The notes beneath the pieces are model-generated. The model worked only from the letters and a program-made list of their open reading frames with translations, was not told the DNA's origin and did no database searches. From Balanoglossus misakiensis (lineage: Eukaryota > Animalia > Hemichordata): a stretch of 64,000 bases of DNA. Each line of letters begins with the position of its first letter. Within the stretch, counting starts at the first letter, position 1. Of the stretch, positions 1-11,607 are shown piece by piece. Where the stretch lies: assembly GCA_040954595.2 (NCBI GenBank), contig CM082579.2, positions 4,329,227 to 4,393,226 of the forward strand, written 5' to 3'. Both the position numbers and the translations under genes were made by a program.

Positions 1-1723
1 TCCCTGGGGACTGGGTTACAATACAATAAAATATATTACGGCATAACCGTGGAATTAGAGGTGAATTCGTTTCATCGCCAGCTAAATTTACAGTGTTAAT
101 TCGTCTGGCGCAATGCATGTATGCCTGTATCGCCGTCTTTCGGAGCTAGGTCGTCATGGTAACGCGTGCTTGCTGTTGGGCCGGTGACCTGGTCTGGTGT
201 TTAACTTGCGGCCATGGCGATGTCAATTTGACGCTTTGAATTTGACATTCAACGTTTTTACTCAAATTAATCATTCCATTATTCCTTAAATGCTGAAACG
301 GTGAGGTTATTGTGCATAAAATAGAGTTTCCTATAGGGTTATCGTGTTCTATTGGCACTATATTGTTTCCTTGAGACGTGTCAATTTAAAAGGACTTCAA
401 TTATTATTCACTGCGTCTGCCAAGTTTAACTACACGTATAAACTACGTATGACTTCACTTTGTTGTTGCATTGAGACATGCATACTGTTCTAATCCCTCT
501 TATTGAAAATTCATAGTGACGTCAAAGCGTTGTAAGTCATTTTCGCTCGACGTGAATGTTTGGCACAAATGAACAATTTATAACCCATTGAACCCACTAT
601 TTCAATTTACTTTTACCGTTTGATTTGGAAAGCCTGAGCATTTTCTGAAAGCGTTTCCTGTACGCGACAAAGACGTACTCAATTTCGAGTTGGACTGGTG
701 GCGTGGCCCTTTTAGTGTCGCCAACGGCTGTTTTTACGCGATCTGTGCATATTTGACATTACGTCACTTGGTGGAGGTGTAACGTGTAAGATTGTAACAC
801 CTTTCGTATCTATATATAGCGTGTAATTGACCATTCAGTTAGCCTATTGTTTTACAGGTCAGTATTATTCAAGTTGTAAACAATGCAATCAGAGCTAGGT
901 TTACTGCCGTGTCTGTTCGAGGCTTCTTGACAACGCGGGGGAAAATGTCGCACAGGAAAATTCCTCGTCCCGCTCTCGGTTCTTTTTTGACTCAAATTTT
1001 CATCGGTAGTCTCGCGGCGTCCATCCACCTCGCATTTCTGTGAAAATTAAAGACAACGCCAAAGCACAAAAGCGAATTTCATGAGCGGATTTCACGAGAT
1101 TGTCGTTATGCGACACGTAATTTAAACGATGATCGGCCGCCCAGTATTCAGCTTGCGCCACGACCGACTGCAGCTGTCTCTGCGCTTTGAGAGCGATCGA
1201 ACAAAAGAAGTTCGTTTTTTTCGTTCTCGCCGTTGATGGCACAGGCCATAGTACATTTTAATGCATCGTACGCTGTTCTCGGCTTGAGCTCCGGCACTTT
1301 TCCATGCCACCAAGGGAAACGTTGAGCGCCCGCACACGACTGTCAAATAATCGTTCAAATAGTTTATTAGGTTTTCCATAAATTACATGAATGTCGTGAA
1401 TATTTTAAGTGTTATATCAACATGGAGGGAGTGAGGAGATGTCTGAGAAGAGCCTACTCAGCGCTTTTCAGCAAACAGAAAAACATAAATACTGCTCCCA
1501 TGAATAAAATAGCCGTGCATTTAAAATGTGACATATTAAAATGTGGAAATGTAAATTCTTTGGCTCGAAACCACGGTTAACTTTGTGCTGATTCTATAAT
1601 CATTCACAATTACAACGCGACATAAATCTGTTACTCCTTAATTAAACAACCTGTGGGGGCCTACTCTCAAAACACTGCCGTTTATTCGTCGCCGTGAGCG
1701 ATACTTGACGCCGAGTCGCGCCG

Positions 1724-1794
1724 GTTACCATGGCTACCCGCTCAAGTTTCGTTGCCTAGCAATACCCACCGACTAACATTTAACACTAGGTAAC
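1724..1794. promoter_or_regulatory. Cluster of RFX X-box-like sites
   Basis: GTTACCATGGCTAC (1724-1737), GTTGCCTAGCAAT (1751-1763) and CACTAGGTAAC (about 1784-1794) within 70 bp. Confidence 0.55.
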
Positions 1795-2474
1795 CGTGAA
1801 AAGGAATGTCAAGCTTGTAAGTGTTGCCATTTTACACGGAAATCTCTGTAATATATATCGCCGAGTATTATAAACATGTCTGATTTGTGTACACAAAGCA
1901 GCCATTCAAACTCACGTCGTTAAAAATCTGCTGGCTTTCAGCCACAAAAGTCAATGTGCTTAAGTGCAAAAAGAGAAAGAAAGTCGCGATTGGGCAAGAC
2001 ATTGACAAAGGTATTGAATTTAAACTATCTGCAGGAGGGCATTGTTTGCGTGGGGGATGCGACAAATAACGTACGGACATACGAGTACGAGATGTCTTCA
2101 TATGTGTTGAGTCCACACTACATGTGTGAATGTACATGGGCCTTTGGTGCTAATTTATCGATATTCACTGCGAAATTAAATATTTCAGACATAGGCTGGC
2201 GTGTTTAATTTGAAATGTTATTTTGATTTACGGCTGTGTAAAACGTGAATTAAAAAGGAACAAAACCGGGCAATGTCGCGGACTCGGCTGCCACCCAAAC
2301 CGTAGTTACCGGTTTTATTCAATAAAGAACCCCGCATTCAGCTCTTGGTATATTAACCTTCAGACAGCGAAACCCAAATCAAATTAACCAACCCTTTCTG
2401 ATGTGATTCTCAGCGACGAGAAACGCAATTACGTTGACAAACTGAGGGTGATGTCCTCTCATAGCCAGCATCCC

Positions 2475-2500
2475 GTCGCCACGGCAACGGACGCCATCTT
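2475..2500. promoter_or_regulatory. X-box plus YY1-type motif in a CpG-rich, promoter-like patch
   Basis: GTCGCCACGGCAAC (2475-2488) next to CGCCATCTT (2492-2500). Confidence 0.45.
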
Positions 2501-4825
2501 CCAAGTCGCCGCTCGCGCGACGCCCGACAACCACGTAGAGAGCTGGCTCTGTTTGCCCGCGTAATCCCGCAGGAATTATTTTGAAACACGGGGATCAGCC
2601 CCCTCACTAGCGCAAGATCAACAGTAACCTGGAAACGTTTTCTCAACTTGTGAATCGAGTGGCTGAGCGTACGCACTCCAGGAGGCAGCATGTTTTTATT
2701 CTCCTCAACCGACACTCGGCACATGCCAGTTTTCGGTGTCGACAACAGTGCAGTTTCTGCGTTTCGGCGAGTATGCCGTGGCATATACGTGCCAGAGCAC
2801 GTTCGCTCCCAATGACAAACCACACAGCCGTGGTAGCTAAGAAGAGACAATAAAATTGTAAACACCTCCACCCCCACTTGAACACGGTGACCCATTTGCC
2901 CCCGACAAAGTTGACGGTTTCAGAACAGGGGACTTATTGCGGCGAGTCAGAAAATGAAGTTTCATAATAAGCGGGACAATAATGATTGCTCTGACGAATC
3001 CGAACGACGAGCAACTAATTATAACCTGCCAGTCAGTCAGCTCAGCCCGTCTCTCTTTTGACACAAAAATGGTCCGATTAACCTGGCTGGCGTCCACACA
3101 CAGAAACTCACTGGTTCTCTGAACCCTCTCACAAAGCGCCCAATTACGCTTAATATGCAGAATTGCAGCCTTTAGTCTACAGAAAGTCTGCGTTTGTATG
3201 TGCAATTGTTCGATTATTATACATTTGTACAATCATTGCAAATCGCGTGCACGATCGATTTAGGTTTTGGTATTTTCATTTCTTCAGCTCGTATGTTGTA
3301 GAGAGAATTGCGGATGGGGTGCCTTCATTGTGTCATTTATGTACAACATATAAACGATCAAATTGAATTTTTGATAATTTCCTACATGTACTTTAAAATT
3401 TCAATGTTTCAAGTAGGGCTATATGCGTGTGTAAAGGCATTGCTCTCCAATATGCTTTGGTGCTCCAAAGCAAAGCATGAAATTGCAGCTGATACCCTGA
3501 CACAGAAAAACTGACAAAAAGTTGCCGCTACTGTCCCGCCCTTTGATTTCAAGTTCGTCGTTCGGCGTGTCGCAGCATGTTTAAACGCGAGCGGACCATA
3601 TAAATTATCCATCGATGTTACAAAAAGAAGCGAGTCGTAAACTATCTATGTGGGATTCTGTCTCACAGAAGTGGCCATTAAATTCTGAAAGTATCTCTCC
3701 TGTATACCATCACTATCCAAAAGTACACAATCATTCAGTTGTTGAGTGCGGCCATCGATTTCAACAAAAATGGGAGGATGATGAATCGTACTGGGTTTAC
3801 GTCCCTTTTTTAAACATTGTAAGAGTTGAGTGTAATAGTTAACGGGACGTCTTTAATCTTGCTTTATTAGTCCTAAGCTCGAGTGACCTAACAAGAGCCG
3901 AGCGTAATATAATGTGAAATGACGAAATATTTAAGTTTGTTTGTTTTTTCGTTCGTTTGTTTTGAGTATATTGTTGTTTGTTTCAATGTCAAAATACTGT
4001 TTATGATTCAACTGGAATTTTGATTGAAGATACATGTACAACAACGAGCTGTCATTGACTGAGTGAGTAAAACATTTAATATTCTGTTTCATGCTTCAGA
4101 TCATGTTCTGACGTCCAAATGCTCAACGCACAGATCAACTTCATGGGCGAGTGACTGGATTACGTGCATATATACTCTTAGTCAGACAAATGCCGGAATT
4201 CGAAATTCCCCTATTCGATACCTCACGGTCCCTCATTGTTGGAAGGGACGGAAATCACCGTCCTTCCAGTGAACTTGAACTTCAAACACACAAACCGAAT
4301 TCTCAGGAGACGGTATGCGTTTCTAAACTTATCCTCCCAAGGGACCTGCCCTTGTCCTCACTACAACGACACAACTGATCTTAATGACCCGAGTTAGAGA
4401 ACAGATTTATCAGATAGGACATTTATTCAGTAGATAAAAATGGAGACCCAGACAATGGGGAAATTATTAATGAGTTATTTACGCATCCCGATGTGGGTTG
4501 ACAACAACGCCTTTAAATACACTGACCGACGCAAAGAAAACTGGCCCCGAATTCTAAGTTCGGTGATAGATTGCAATGGCGTTCACTTCCCCGAGAAATT
4601 GACAGGTTTGTCCACCGACATTATCTCAATATCATGTTTAAGTACATAATGTACTACACTTATAGGTCATGAACAAGTGGACCCGCGCGGTCCTCACAAC
4701 ACCCAAGGATACCTATGTGTGTTTGAAAACTCATCATCGCTTGAAAATCTCGCCGCGTTGTTGAGTGTCGTGCTTTCTGGGAGGGGAGGGGAGGGAAGGA
4801 CAGTTCGGGCCGCGGCCGGACTTAC

Positions 4826-5798
4826 CGGATCAGTCATGAGACCCCGGATGACCGCCCTCTTCTTCTCCTGCCTGGCATCCTCCAACGCCGCCGTCGTCAA
4901 GTTCCCGAACCTCTTGTTCTTCAGCAGCGAGCGCCACCTGGTCGCCGGCGGCTTAGCGGCCTCCGTGCCGTTCGCCGCCGACGGCTCACCCGGGCCCTCC
5001 ACGCTCAGCGATCTGGACATTCGCCGCCTGCTGCGAGTCGGCCTTTGGGGATCGAAAATATAGTGTTCCTGTAATTTCTTTAATTTTACAGTTTGGTGGT
5101 TCAACGCGAGACAGTTATATGCGCTGATAAGCAACGCGTTTTCACCATTTGGTGTCAGCCGACAGTGAGATCAAGAGTTCAACATAATGCATTGCAATTT
5201 GCGTTATAGAAACAATGGGATGTGCCTATTTCCAAACGGCGAAGTTCATGGTGAATTTCCTTGAAATACATACTTGACATAAAATTGTCCTGAAAAATCC
5301 AGCGATTTAATGGTAGATGATTCTCTGAGATGTGAGTTAATGACTATTACACGGCCGGATATCGCATCAAATACAACTGCGAAATAGATTCGTGTGTGCT
5401 CGAGAAACAGGCTTATCTATTATACTGACATTTTGGCCAACAACTTGAGGGTTTGACGTGTTTGTGTGTAGAATGTACAACACTGTCACTGAGAAGTATA
5501 CACACTGACCGGACCTCTATATCAACAACCGACACTTAAAACGGAGTCATTAAGACGTACGAGTATATAGAAAAGCCAACGGCGTTTGAATAGGCCGTTG
5601 TTTAGGCATGTCAACCATCAAACACGGAGTCGTCACACGCCTTCACAAAGTTTCCCCCTTCGGGAAATGTCCGTGGAAACGGCCACCTTACCTCATTCCA
5701 GACTTCCAGCGACTCAAAACCTGGGCGGCTTGGACGGAGTTCACCCCGCTCCCCTGGGGTGGCGGGACGGACACCGGTGCCACCGCTCTCGTAGCCAT
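4826..5798 (-). CDS. 5' exons of a divergently transcribed gene of unknown product, possibly a CNBD2-like paralog: 5798-5692 (MATRAVAPV...LSRWKSGM-R) and 5042-4826 (PTRSRRRMSRSLSVEG...RWRSLLKNKRFG...RGLMTDP)
   Basis: attATGG start, AG|GTAAGG donor (phase 2), TATTTTCGATCCCCAAAG acceptor, GC3-rich open exon, CCG|GTAAGT donor (phase 0). An alternative acceptor at 5068 and an internal ATG at 5020 also exist. Downstream exons are unresolved. Confidence 0.62.
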
Positions 5799-8700
5799 AA
5801 TTCCAACGTGTTATTTTTTTCGAAGACACTCAGTGTTATTTGCCTTGGTTGTCAATTGGGCGCACGACAATCGAACAATAATATTCAAAGGGCCTTCGGG
5901 AGATGACGGTGAACAATAGCAAGAGGGGTCATCTTTGTCATTGAAATATATATGCACTAGTCACGGCGACGTGGGCACTTCGTGTGTCGGGTGGCGGCGC
6001 AAATGTCACACTGACCGTAATACACACAGTTTACCTCACGTAGTCAATTTTGTTTCGGTTCGCCACGGTCACCTCAAAACCTATCCCCGATGTACCTTCA
6101 CGTCCAGTGCTAGCTTCTGAAACAGATTTATCCTATACTCGTTCCCCCGAGGTGTATAACCCTCTGGAGAGGCTAATTGCTCAGTGTACAGAAATCACAC
6201 ACAGGGATCCAAATTTCACACGGACTTGTCAACATACGCTTCCGATCGTCCGTACGTGTTCTCCAGCGATTTCAACGCGATGTCTTCCACGCTAAGACGC
6301 TCTAGCCATCCTTAGAACCGTCCATTGCAGGTGCCGGCGAAATGACGGCAACTCCGTCTACTGAATGATCGTGCTCAGACCGAATGAAAAATAAACCGCC
6401 GCCGGAGAAATCAAAGAGGAAACAGTGCATAACAAGTGAGCATAGAGCGCACACACGCGCATTGAAATGCCCATTAAATGTTCATTTAACCGCTGACGTC
6501 ACAGCTTGATTTTAAAGTGGCTGCGGTCCTTGAGATAATTTCCCTGCCAGTCATAATTGTGCCACTGTTTTCTGCACGTTGTTAAATGTTAGCACTGAAA
6601 TTCTGTGTTACCAAGCAATGACTCAATATTTGTACCGAAGCGCTCACAGAACCGAAGTTGGTGGATTTGGCGCGAAATCAACAGGTGGCAGAAGTCGTTG
6701 CGATAGGGCACGATCCCCTTGGACCGGGTAACAAATCCGCGAGCCGGTTTTTTATTTCGTGATTTCGGTCGCCAGACAACTTGAAGAGAAAATTATTACA
6801 ATGTAAACAAGTTTGCATTGTCGGCAGTGTGCAAAAATTGGCTCGAACCTGGAATCACCGTATCTAGGGATCAACTTGAACAATCCGAAATGCCAATCAC
6901 AAATACCAAGCAACCGAGCTAGGTGATTGCGTCTAGCTTGTAGCAGCATACAACCACAGAAAGGACAAAACACCGCGACATTATGTAAGTGTACCAGTAA
7001 CACACTCATTGAGAGGTCAGCATCTTTTCACAGCACAACAAACAGACAAGCAGAGATAATGTACTTGTATATAGTTTGCTAGACTATAGTCATTATCTCG
7101 CTGTTCTCCCTAATCGATTAACCTTTTCACGGGACGGCGAAATGGATCTTTTCAGAGGCACACGGTACCTTTGAATGTGCCACCACAAAACACAGCAAAA
7201 CTGCGATTTGTAGGAACCTTTTTAAACCCTCCTTCACTGCGGGTTCATTAGATGGGTGGTCGACCGTGACAAAGTGAGAAGAACACAATCAGAAATACTG
7301 ATATCTCAATTTTCGAACATTAAAAATAAAGAAAACTGAGAGCATTATTATTTGTGTCATATTTTTCATTCAGGGTTTGACAAGGTTTCCGGTAGTGTTC
7401 CATACGAATGAAAACCCCCAACACACACTTGAATCTTTTTGTAGTGGCAATCAGCCAAACCCCCTCACCCTCCAAAAAATCGTTAATTCATGAAAATTCA
7501 TGAAATTCTGCCGACCAATCACGAATCATTTGAGTCTGTTTAAATCTGAAACAATAGCATCATAATGGAGGCCATTAGATGAAATAAAATCAGTCAATCT
7601 TCTCAGTGACATGCCGGGGAAACAAGTTTCAGAAGTCTCTCGGTAAGAATCTTTCATAATTATTATAAGTCTAATCGCTACTATATTTCGCTTGCTCTGC
7701 AGGAAAGGTCAATATTTAACCACATGTTGTCCGCAACACGCTAACGTGCAACTTCTTATTAGAAGTCAATTCTTTTAAAACGATTTTTTTTCTCAACTCG
7801 TTGGTCAGCTTCCTTTGCCAGGTCAAGATATACTTTAGCACGTCGTTGCAAATTCTAATGACATTTTGATAATGTTTACCAAGAATGAACGAATTTCGAT
7901 GAAACGCAAGCATTTACGACATGAAAACTCAGCGACGCTAAGTGGCTCATATTTATACGCAACAAATGCCTTCGGAATTATTTTGTTGTCAATTTATCAG
8001 CCATATTTCGATCAATTATCAATTAGAAACTTATGCGTTCCCCAGTTACCAAATACTTCGCAGAGTCATTTCTACCTTGCCCTTGCGGTCTTCGTCATCT
8101 GTCTGTCTCTCTGTCTTTGGTTTATACCTAAAATGTACCAATCGCCGAGAATAATGTGGGGATCGATTAGACTAAATGCTGGTGTGAAAGCCAAATGATG
8201 ACCTTCATATGACCTCTATTAATGGCGCTATAGATATTTCCCCTTTACTAAACATACAAAAGCAGCAAAAGCTGTATAAAATTGTAAGAACAAACCCTTT
8301 CAGAGGGTATAAAATCGACGTAAATTGCGAGGAATTAATGGCTTCTCAAAATTATGCTTCCGGCAAAACGGGCCCTACAGCCGAAGGTGGCTTTGAAAGT
8401 GATTTTCGGAGGACGGGCTTTCATCCCCGACACGGTAGTGTCGTTCCCCCGACTTTTTCAAAAGGCAGCATGGCTTAGGCTTGGCAGAGGATTATGTTGA
8501 GTAATTGTGAAAAGCCTTTGGTGAATGCAGAAACGCCCAAAACTCAAGACAGTGATCGCGACAGAAAAGAGATAGACTCGTCACCCGTGACCCAGGAGGT
8601 CAACGCTAACTGTCCAGTCCCTTTTGTGGGGGCGACACCAGAGACAAGCTTCGCGAGATTTTGCTCCGTTGTCATGACAGCCTCCATCACACGTAATGGA

Positions 8701-11281
8701 GTTGTTTGACGGATGAGCGACGCACAATGCTTTGAAAGAGGGGAAACGCTGGGAAAGACAGACCTGCAGGCAATATCTCATGAAAGGGGGTTTATCACTG
8801 TCACCTTGACAAAAGGTTGACTCGAGAACTACAATCAGCCCTGGTCATTTTTTATTAACTAACGGGCAACAATGCCGGAATTCTCTTTGTTGGGGGGCGC
8901 ACAAAACGGTTTGTCCTGACGCAACCTTCAGATTCTGTTCTTTCAGAAGGCGATGTATTTTACGTGTCGTCTGTAATAAACAGCAATAAGCGGTCTGCGC
9001 AGAACGACCCCTGTCCCGTCCATTTCTTGCCATCGAATACAAACCACTGAACACATTATATACCAAAGAGTCGCCGCACTTTTTTTCAATTATTTTGTGA
9101 TTTGGACGCTGACATGAGCCGACGTTCTCGATCTAAAGTAGAATTAAGTCGCAGCAGGGGGGTTCGGGTCACAGAAAGTACAGCTAGATTTCTGTATTGC
9201 CGGAAAAATTGTACTAGGAACACGCGAAATACATTTAAATGTCTAAATGCCGTAGCTATGGCGTCATTGAATCAACATCATGAAATTCAACATTTGACGA
9301 TCGAGACACTCAAAACATGACAAATATGATGAATTTTGCCGCTTTCGCGGATTGATACTGTAAATCTCTCGGCAGATTTTACACGTTTCAATCCTATACT
9401 TTATTTTGGCGCCACTCGCTTTGATGTCAATACCTGTAATTACTATTTGCAAACACGCCTCCGATTTGATGAGGGGGAGTTAATAATTCTTCCGTCGTAA
9501 CTGGATAAATATCTCGACACAAACAGCCACACAAAAGAACCCGTAAAAAATTCAAACATAAACAGGCGAGAAAGTAAAAGACGGAGTCAAAGCGTCGTGT
9601 GTTCCATTCAACCGATGGTTTGAATTGCCCACCGATGACCTGTCGGCCAAACCAAAAAGCACAACGAGACAAAACTGCGCTGCCACGGCGCAGGGAGGCC
9701 GGACAGGTCACTTATCGACCAGTCCCGGCTTTCCATTGTCGATGCGGCACATTGGCAGAAAACAAGTCACCCGAAACATTAGATTATACTACAGATATTA
9801 TACCTTGACACAATAACGCGGAGAGAAAGGGGGGATTTGGACCTTGGCCTGGCATTTTCTGAACTCTAATTCCCTGAAGGATTACAACTAATTTACCTCG
9901 ACTTATGTCGTACTAAAAATGTAAAGCTCTTGCCCTAGTTTTCTACTTCTCAATAACGAATACGGGTGTGCTAGGGGACTGGAAGGTTTCGCAAGACACA
10001 CGCCCCCCCCCCCTCCCGAGCAAAGCCGACTAGTAGAATGACCCCTTCCACTGACATTGAAAACAGGGTGAACACTGACTCGAAAAACAAGTACGAACAT
10101 AACAGATATATTTAACGAAAGAGGGCGCCATCGCAAATATGCGTCGATCTTTGTTTGAAGCTCCTGTTATCTTTGACACGAAAAATAAATGATCGGAATG
10201 TGCATGCTCTCTAGTATAGGCGGATGGCATCTTATCTTCGGTCGACTGTTTATATTTTCTTCAGAAAAGTATAACCTCATGATCACAATACTTGTCAGCA
10301 TATTAAGCTTCTAATATTGGAAGACCCGAGTACCATCACTCCACACGCCGTAACGCGACGTACACCTTTTACGAAATACAGTTTAGTTGCGTGCATTCCC
10401 ACGACTAATCACTTAGAGAACCAGTGTTCATAGCGTACCGTTAGGAATGCAAAGACCGCTATTAAAGGATGCGTTGCCAAGCGATTTGCAAACAGAGACT
10501 TTGGTCGAGATTTGGTTAGAAATGCAGTTATTGTTTCATTAAGCTGCTTTAGTTCGAGAAAGGGTTTAAGCGAAATAAAACTTACCATGTCATTCAGTTT
10601 TTTCAATCCTCTTTGTGAAGTGCCCGCGAATCTTGTCGTGCGGTATTGTCCACCAGTCGACAGGACCCGCAATATTTTGGTTTGGTCGCGGGGAGGAAAT
10701 AAGCCAGGTCATCGCCCACCGTCGCTCCGAGTCGCATGAAAGGGAAAGGCGGCCATCAAACCGGTCGCTGCATGACTCTTTTGTCGTTCGGGGAACTTTT
10801 TTATTGGTCTCGAACAAATATTGCATTTCCAGCGATCGGTTTGGCACATACTCGTCAAAAACTTTGTTGGTGGTGCGGCGGGAGTCGACACGCAGAATGT
10901 TTATGCTGACCCACTATTCCATACGGGAGAAGTTAAATCTTCCTTTACACGGACTCGACGGAACTGTATGTTGAGATGCATGACCATCGCCGCTCCTTAA
11001 TTTCATTGATTGATTAATTGATATCCGGAGTTGTTTTTCCTCGACGAGTCGCCAATGTCCAAGGACCAGTCGACGCTGTGCACATGTGTAGACAATATAC
11101 GGTATTTTGCCCAGCTTTTGGCATTGCCTTCACTTTCCACACTCGATTCTGTCGTACATCCGTAGCCACCGGAATTATTGTTCGTGAATGGAGAACGGGG
11201 CGCTGGCTTTACATATCCACATCACCGATTTAAAGTTCACGAATTATCTCAGAAGAAGTGTGAACATACGTTTGCTTGAGG

Positions 11282-11607
11282 ATGGCGGTGGCGCGACCCG
11301 TGACCACTATGGGATTAGTCAACTTTCCCCCGCGGGAGAGCACGGAGACGGCGGCGGGGTCAGAGAGGGTACGGATCTTGCTGCCACCGAGAGGGGCCAC
11401 CACGATGGCTTCCGTGACAACCCTCGGTGTGTTGGGCGTCGGGAGACCGGGTGAAGCGAGCCAGTTTCCGTCGCCGCGCTCTTCTTCATCCATGATGTCT
11501 AAATCGCCGAGGCTGCCCACGATTGTGGAGAGACTGGGCAAGAATCTTATGGCGGGCGGCAGATTCAGCGGCAAGTGGGCGCACTCCGTCGGTAAACTGT
11601 TACCGAG
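11282..11607 (+). CDS. CNBD2-like candidate distal first coding exon (MAVARPVTTM...GKWAHSVGKLLP-R)
   Basis: aggATGG start context, GC-rich open frame, AG|GTAAGG donor in phase 2 matching the exon at 13640. Confidence 0.7.

Noticed and set aside
4677-5063. 128-aa + strand ORF
   Set aside because: Antisense shadow of the - strand exon 5042-4826
6237-6340. - strand segment ending in a GC|GTATGT donor, considered as another coding first exon
   Set aside because: Both nearby ATGs hit stops within a few codons and the open frame has no ATG; at most a 5' UTR exon
8209-8709. Two same-frame + ORFs separated by one TAG (possible readthrough or pseudogene)
   Set aside because: No recognisable domain and no convincing splice sites or codon bias
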